A stretch of DNA of 64,000 bases from a virus: positions 32,001-96,000 of the IMG/VR virus record IMGVR_UViG_3300021185_003351; one strand, 5' to 3'. Made by a program: the position numbers and the translations under genes. Shown here piece by piece: positions 59,397 to 64,000 of this stretch (the first letter of the stretch is position 1; every line of letters begins with the position of its first letter). The notes under the pieces are model-generated. The model ran no database searches. It had not been told where the DNA came from and saw nothing but the letters and a program-made list of their open reading frames with translations.

Positions 59397-61670
59397 ATGA
59401 CAGGTGATATATTTTATACAAATGTTGATGAAAATTTAAAAACTGAATTAAATGCTCGTGGTAGATCCGGATTTAATCGATCAAATCCAGATCAAAATTC
59501 TAGAAGTTTACATTTCATGTTAGACAAAGTAGCTAATGTAAGCTTAGCTGCATATGAAGGACAAGACCGTAAAATAATTAAAGACGGCTCTTTTATTGGA
59601 CCAATTAAAACAACATCATTAGAATCTGATGATGGAGTAAAATCATTTGAAACATTTGTAAAATCAACATTTTTGCCAAATAGCTATTTAGATCCAAAAA
59701 AAAGAAGTAGAGAAATTGTTACAGATATAGACTTAAAGTCATTTCAAATAGAACCAAAAGACGGAAAATTAAGTGTATCAGGCGAAGCTAAAAAAGATAT
59801 TGAAACGTTTAATAATGTCAGTCAACGAATACCTCCGGTGATAACTGCTTGTAGTATGACTATTGGAGATAATTCACAAGGAACATTAAATAAAGCAGAG
59901 ATACAAATTTTAATACCAAATGCAGACGTTGATCTAGATGAGATAGAAAAAATATATTTTAGACCAGGTCGATTAATTCAATTACGAATAGTACATCCCG
60001 AATCCGCAGTAATAACAAAGCAACGATTAACTACTGAAAATATACTTCCAAGTTTGGCACAATTAAAAAAACAAAATCCAAATATGCAATTAGAAACATT
60101 GAATAAAATCAATGAAACACATTTTGAAGGAGTTATAACATCATTTGAATTTAGTTATGAGCAAGATGCATCTGTATCAGCTACAATTTATACGACTGGT
60201 ATTAGCAATGTATATACAGATTTAAGTATGCTAATAAACGAACAAGATTTTATTACCGGATCCTTAGGATTTTCATATACTGGCGGAGATAAAAATAAAA
60301 AGAAAGTAATATCAGGTTCTGCAGACGCAAAAGAAAAAAAACAAAAACAACGTAATACATTTTATGAAGGTTTATTAAACGAACATGCTGAATTATTAGG
60401 TGATTTTGAAAATAATAAAAAAGGAGCTCAAACAGTTGGATTTGCATATGGTAAAAATGCAAATGAAAAAGAAAATTCTGATGTATATATGGCATTTGTA
60501 GACGGATTAGCTCAAAATGAAGATGAAGATGGCAAAGATTTTATTAGATATATATCATTAGGATATTTAATTGATTATATTAATCGTAAAATAGTATCAA
60601 AAAATAAAACAATTGCGAATGCTAAAATTACATGCGATGATATTATTTGTAAAAGTAATTATTATGAACATATTAAATCTGCAGATCCTAGATCAGTATT
60701 ACTACCAGGATCTTCAACTCAATTATATGATTATGAAGCATATGTAGTTTTTGCAAAACTATTAACATCTCCATCTGCAGCAGAAGGATTAAAACCATTC
60801 TATGAAAATTCATTAGGACATCCTTCTAGAATTTTATTATCATTAGATATGATAAAATTAGTATTACTTAATATTGATCCTATAGAAGAAGTAACAGATA
60901 ATAAAGCAGAAATACAATCAGGAGTTCAGATTAAACATTTTTTACGACGAATCTCTGATAAAATTTCAATTTCAACTGGTAGAGCTATTGACATGAAATT
61001 AATATGCCATCCTAATGATGATAGTCAATCTTCTTTATGTTTTTATGATGCTAATTTTGCAGGAACTCCAGAAAGTCAAAAAGCAGTCAAACCATTTTCA
61101 GTTCCAATGTTTGCAAATCATCCAAATGGAACTATAGTTAGAGAGTTTTCAATTAAAGCAAAATTACCTGGATCTGCAAAAAACTTGGCATTTGTATTAA
61201 ATGATGGAACTGATGTATCAGAAGCAAAAATAGCACCATTTCTTCAATTCATGTACCAAGACAATACAGATGCAGCAACTGAAGCAGTTAAAAAAATGTT
61301 GAAAGATTATGCAGAAAAACATTATGCTGCAGTTGAAACATTACGAGAAACACAAATAAAGTTAACAGAAAATTTTGCAGATCAAGAAAGACAAACTGCG
61401 TTAAATAATGCGTTAAAAGAATATATAAAATATCCAAAAGAAAGAATGTCGGATAGTGTGCTAATTGGATCTCCACAATTTCCATATGAAGTTTCATTTA
61501 CTATTGATGGAGTAAGCGGATTTAGATACGGAGATGTTTTAGATTTTGAAGGAATACCAAAAAGATACAGAAACACTACAGTTTTTAGTATCACAAATAT
61601 TCAACACAATGTAGATACATCTGGAATGTGGACAACAAAAATAACTTGTATAATGAGACCAAAAATATGA
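59397..61670 (+). CDS. Probable baseplate hub protein (gp27/Mu gp44-like)
   Basis: Follows the LysM gene. Has FEGVITSFEFS and a C-terminal FTIDGVSG...GD...F.IT.IQH....W.T.I segment. Confidence 0.6.
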   Translation: MTGDIFYTNVDENLKTELNARGRSGFNRSNPDQNSRSLHFMLDKVANVSLAAYEGQDRKIIKDGSFIGPIKTTSLESDDGVKSFETFVKSTFLPNSYLDPKKRSREIVTDIDLKSFQIEPKDGKLSVSGEAKKDIETFNNVSQRIPPVITACSMTIGDNSQGTLNKAEIQILIPNADVDLDEIEKIYFRPGRLIQLRIVHPESAVITKQRLTTENILPSLAQLKKQNPNMQLETLNKINETHFEGVITSFEFSYEQDASVSATIYTTGISNVYTDLSMLINEQDFITGSLGFSYTGGDKNKKKVISGSADAKEKKQKQRNTFYEGLLNEHAELLGDFENNKKGAQTVGFAYGKNANEKENSDVYMAFVDGLAQNEDEDGKDFIRYISLGYLIDYINRKIVSKNKTIANAKITCDDIICKSNYYEHIKSADPRSVLLPGSSTQLYDYEAYVVFAKLLTSPSAAEGLKPFYENSLGHPSRILLSLDMIKLVLLNIDPIEEVTDNKAEIQSGVQIKHFLRRISDKISISTGRAIDMKLICHPNDDSQSSLCFYDANFAGTPESQKAVKPFSVPMFANHPNGTIVREFSIKAKLPGSAKNLAFVLNDGTDVSEAKIAPFLQFMYQDNTDAATEAVKKMLKDYAEKHYAAVETLRETQIKLTENFADQERQTALNNALKEYIKYPKERMSDSVLIGSPQFPYEVSFTIDGVSGFRYGDVLDFEGIPKRYRNTTVFSITNIQHNVDTSGMWTTKITCIMRPKI

Positions 61671-62287
61671 GCAGAAAAAAATTAAGATATACAAAAGATG
61701 AAATAACAAATAATCTTTATACAACTGGTCAAGAGTGGATGACTACAGATAATGAAGATTATATAGGATTATACCATCGATATGCAACTGGCGAAGTATA
61801 TACTAATGCAAAATGGAATGTTAATTCGTCTATATCATTAATTAAATATAAACAAACACCAACTGCTAATAAATCATATAAAAAAATAAAATTTGATATT
61901 GAAACAACATATAAATCATTGCAACCAATTAAAATTAAAATAACTCAAACAAATATCAATAATGGATATGTTGATCGTTATTTTGTACAAAATATTGTAA
62001 CAAATAATATTATTGAAATTAATACTGATCAACAACAAAAATTAAATGAAAACAAATTTGATCCAAACTTATATATTTCTACATCAATTCGATGGTATAT
62101 TACCGGTAACTTAGAAACAATCATAAAAAATGGCGTAACATTAAAATCTGTAACAGATAAAAACTTAGATCAAATAAATATAGCTGCACGAACTATTCCT
62201 ACTATTAGTACTTATTTAACTAATTTATCTGAATATTTTTCTGACACTACATATATAGTTCCCAAAGACATTAATCCAATTGGATAA
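61667..62287 (+). CDS. Hypothetical baseplate-region protein (start revised to ATG 61667)
   Basis: ATGA overlap with the upstream stop, and NLYT.G.EW....Y.G.YH motif. Confidence 0.6.
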   Translation: MSRKKLRYTKDEITNNLYTTGQEWMTTDNEDYIGLYHRYATGEVYTNAKWNVNSSISLIKYKQTPTANKSYKKIKFDIETTYKSLQPIKIKITQTNINNGYVDRYFVQNIVTNNIIEINTDQQQKLNENKFDPNLYISTSIRWYITGNLETIIKNGVTLKSVTDKNLDQINIAARTIPTISTYLTNLSEYFSDTTYIVPKDINPIG

Positions 62288-62316
62288 TTCAAAAAATTTT
62301 ATTATTATAGTAATGT

Positions 62317-63645
62317 ATGATAATAATTGACGATGTAGTAGAACTAGATTCGTTGTTACATGAGATTGAAAAAGAAAAATATGTTTTAGTAGTTCCTATA
62401 CTATCAGATCATCAACTTCACCCGATATGTAATAAAATCTCATGTATATACGTATATACTAGTAATGAATTAGAATTCGTTATTCCAATACATCATACAG
62501 AACAAATAACCGGATTTTCAGAACAGTTACACCGTGTTCTCAACTTAGAATCTATATTTGTACATGACAAAAAGTTATGGCTACAAATGGGCGGAAATAA
62601 TAATGTATATGATGTGAAAACTCTATGGTGGTATACATATGGAGAATCATATAATGAAAATCATTATTATACATCAGCTCATAATTTTTATTGGAGGCGA
62701 CATACTAATTTACAACATGTTAATACAATTATTCCATTAATGAAACATGCAGAAATGTGTCAAAAAATACGCAAGTATGCAATGCCAATGATTGTTAATT
62801 CAAAATTAAGTAAGTCATATAAACAATTCAATGAATATTATCCAAAAATATTTTCTGAAATTGAATCTAACGGAATGCAAGTTGATAATTCTTTTAAAAT
62901 GAAAGAGTTAATTACAAATGGACGAGTTTATTCTAATTATCATTATCATACAACTACAGGTCGACCGTCTAATGCATTCCGTGGATTTAATTATGCAGCT
63001 ATGAATAAAGAAGATGGAACAAGAGATGCTTTTTGTAGTAGGTTTGACGCAGGAGCATTAGTGGAATTTGATTTTGATGCATATCATGTAAGATTAATTG
63101 CACAACTAATTGGATATAAATTACCAGCTGGATCAATACATACATATTTTGGTAAATTTTATTTTGGAACCGATTCATTGACTGTAGAACAATATGAACA
63201 AAGCAAACAAATAACATTTAGATTGTTATATGGACATATAGAAAAAGAATTTTTAAAAATTCCATTTTTTAATGAAGTAAATAATTTTGTATATTCGTTA
63301 TGGTCAAAATGGAAATCAAACAAGTATATACAAACTCCAATATTAAAAAGATCTTTAAGTTCAGACAATTTGTCTAACATGAATCAAAATAAATTATTTA
63401 ATTATTATCTTCAAGCATTAGAGACAGAATTTACAGCAAGTCGACTAAATGAATTATCAATACTACTTAAAAATTATAAAACATGTATAATATTATATAC
63501 ATATGATTCTGTACTCTTCGATGTTCCAATTCATGAAGCTAAAGAAATATTACCACAAATTAAAACACAATTAGAAAGAAATAATTTCCCTGTTAAATGT
63601 AAAGTAGGCAATATTTATAGTAAAATGAATGACATCAAGTTATGA
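62317..63645 (+). CDS. Compact family A DNA polymerase
   Basis: TTTGRPSN, motif A FDFDAYHVRL, motif B KQITFRLLYG and motif C YTYDSVLFD. Confidence 0.88.
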   Translation: MIIIDDVVELDSLLHEIEKEKYVLVVPILSDHQLHPICNKISCIYVYTSNELEFVIPIHHTEQITGFSEQLHRVLNLESIFVHDKKLWLQMGGNNNVYDVKTLWWYTYGESYNENHYYTSAHNFYWRRHTNLQHVNTIIPLMKHAEMCQKIRKYAMPMIVNSKLSKSYKQFNEYYPKIFSEIESNGMQVDNSFKMKELITNGRVYSNYHYHTTTGRPSNAFRGFNYAAMNKEDGTRDAFCSRFDAGALVEFDFDAYHVRLIAQLIGYKLPAGSIHTYFGKFYFGTDSLTVEQYEQSKQITFRLLYGHIEKEFLKIPFFNEVNNFVYSLWSKWKSNKYIQTPILKRSLSSDNLSNMNQNKLFNYYLQALETEFTASRLNELSILLKNYKTCIILYTYDSVLFDVPIHEAKEILPQIKTQLERNNFPVKCKVGNIYSKMNDIKL

Positions 63646-64000
63646 TAGATAAAATTATTAATGAATGGACATATCAATTAGACGCTGGATATCCAACAAA
63701 AGATTCTGACTATGAAGTTCTTCGTTCTGTTTTACAAGAAACTGATATACTTTCTGAACAAGAAATTGATCAAACAATTCGTCAGGCAAAAGGATTATAT
63801 GAACAAGATCCGGAGTTAGAAAATACACAACTTTTATTGGAAGATGATTTAAGATCAAGACTATTAGATATAAAAATACCTAATGATTTAATTAACATAA
63901 TCATAACTATATATTCTGGATTATCAGATACAGAGAAACGAGAATTTTCAGAAAATTTTAGAATACATTCAATTGAATCATTTGTACAAACAGGATATAT
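63642..64000 (+). CDS. Hypothetical protein (3' truncated, absent from ORF track)
   Basis: ATG 63642 overlaps the polymerase stop (ATGA). The frame reads MIDKIINEWTYQLDAGYP... and is open to the window end. TATTTATA lies at 63612. Confidence 0.7.
   Translation, partial: MIDKIINEWTYQLDAGYPTKDSDYEVLRSVLQETDILSEQEIDQTIRQAKGLYEQDPELENTQLLLEDDLRSRLLDIKIPNDLINIIITIYSGLSDTEKREFSENFRIHSIESFVQTGY

Noticed and set aside
2149-63858. Many minus-strand and short nested ORFs in the track (e.g. 18969..19757, 10290..10712)
   Set aside because: They are antisense or off-frame shadows of well-supported + strand genes, with no motifs or expression signals.
1-64000. Stop-codon reassignment, as in some large phages
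   Set aside because: Core genes are intact in the standard code, and TAA, TAG and TGA all end genes at sensible positions.
1-64000. CRISPR array, tRNA or rRNA genes
   Set aside because: Intergenic gaps are short, and none shows repeat-spacer periodicity or a cloverleaf with a T-loop.

Overview
This is a 64 kb, very AT-rich segment of a large T4-like (contractile-tailed) bacteriophage genome, with every credible gene on the + strand. It starts inside an SbcC/gp46 (Rad50-like) ATPase. A 1949-aa fibre-like protein, a nucleotidyltransferase/ligase-like fusion and two membrane proteins follow. Next is the head module (terminase, portal, prohead protease, scaffold, major capsid), with a ribosomal protein bS21 gene embedded in it, and then the neck genes. 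About 26 kb of fibre, adhesin and LamG-lectin genes sit between the neck and the sheath. The window ends with sheath, tube, a chaperone pair, tape measure, baseplate genes and a compact family A DNA polymerase. Two signal peptides followed by Gln, together with bS21, suggest a Bacteroidota host (inference). The main observations are: (1) bS21 alongside heavy Shine-Dalgarno use; (2) a probable +1/-2 frameshift in the tail chaperone pair; (3) a three-way-junction RNA at 30.9 kb and other 5' leader hairpins; (4) two arrays of LamG cassettes with near-identical DNA ends and divergent cores; (5) about 20 copies of TATTTATA, the reverse complement of the T4 late promoter, plus a second promoter class; (6) [ST]-[GAS]-S tripeptides concentrated in virion proteins; (7) a type-1 copper motif in a fibre protein. 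All calls come from motif recognition and synteny, and no searches were run.
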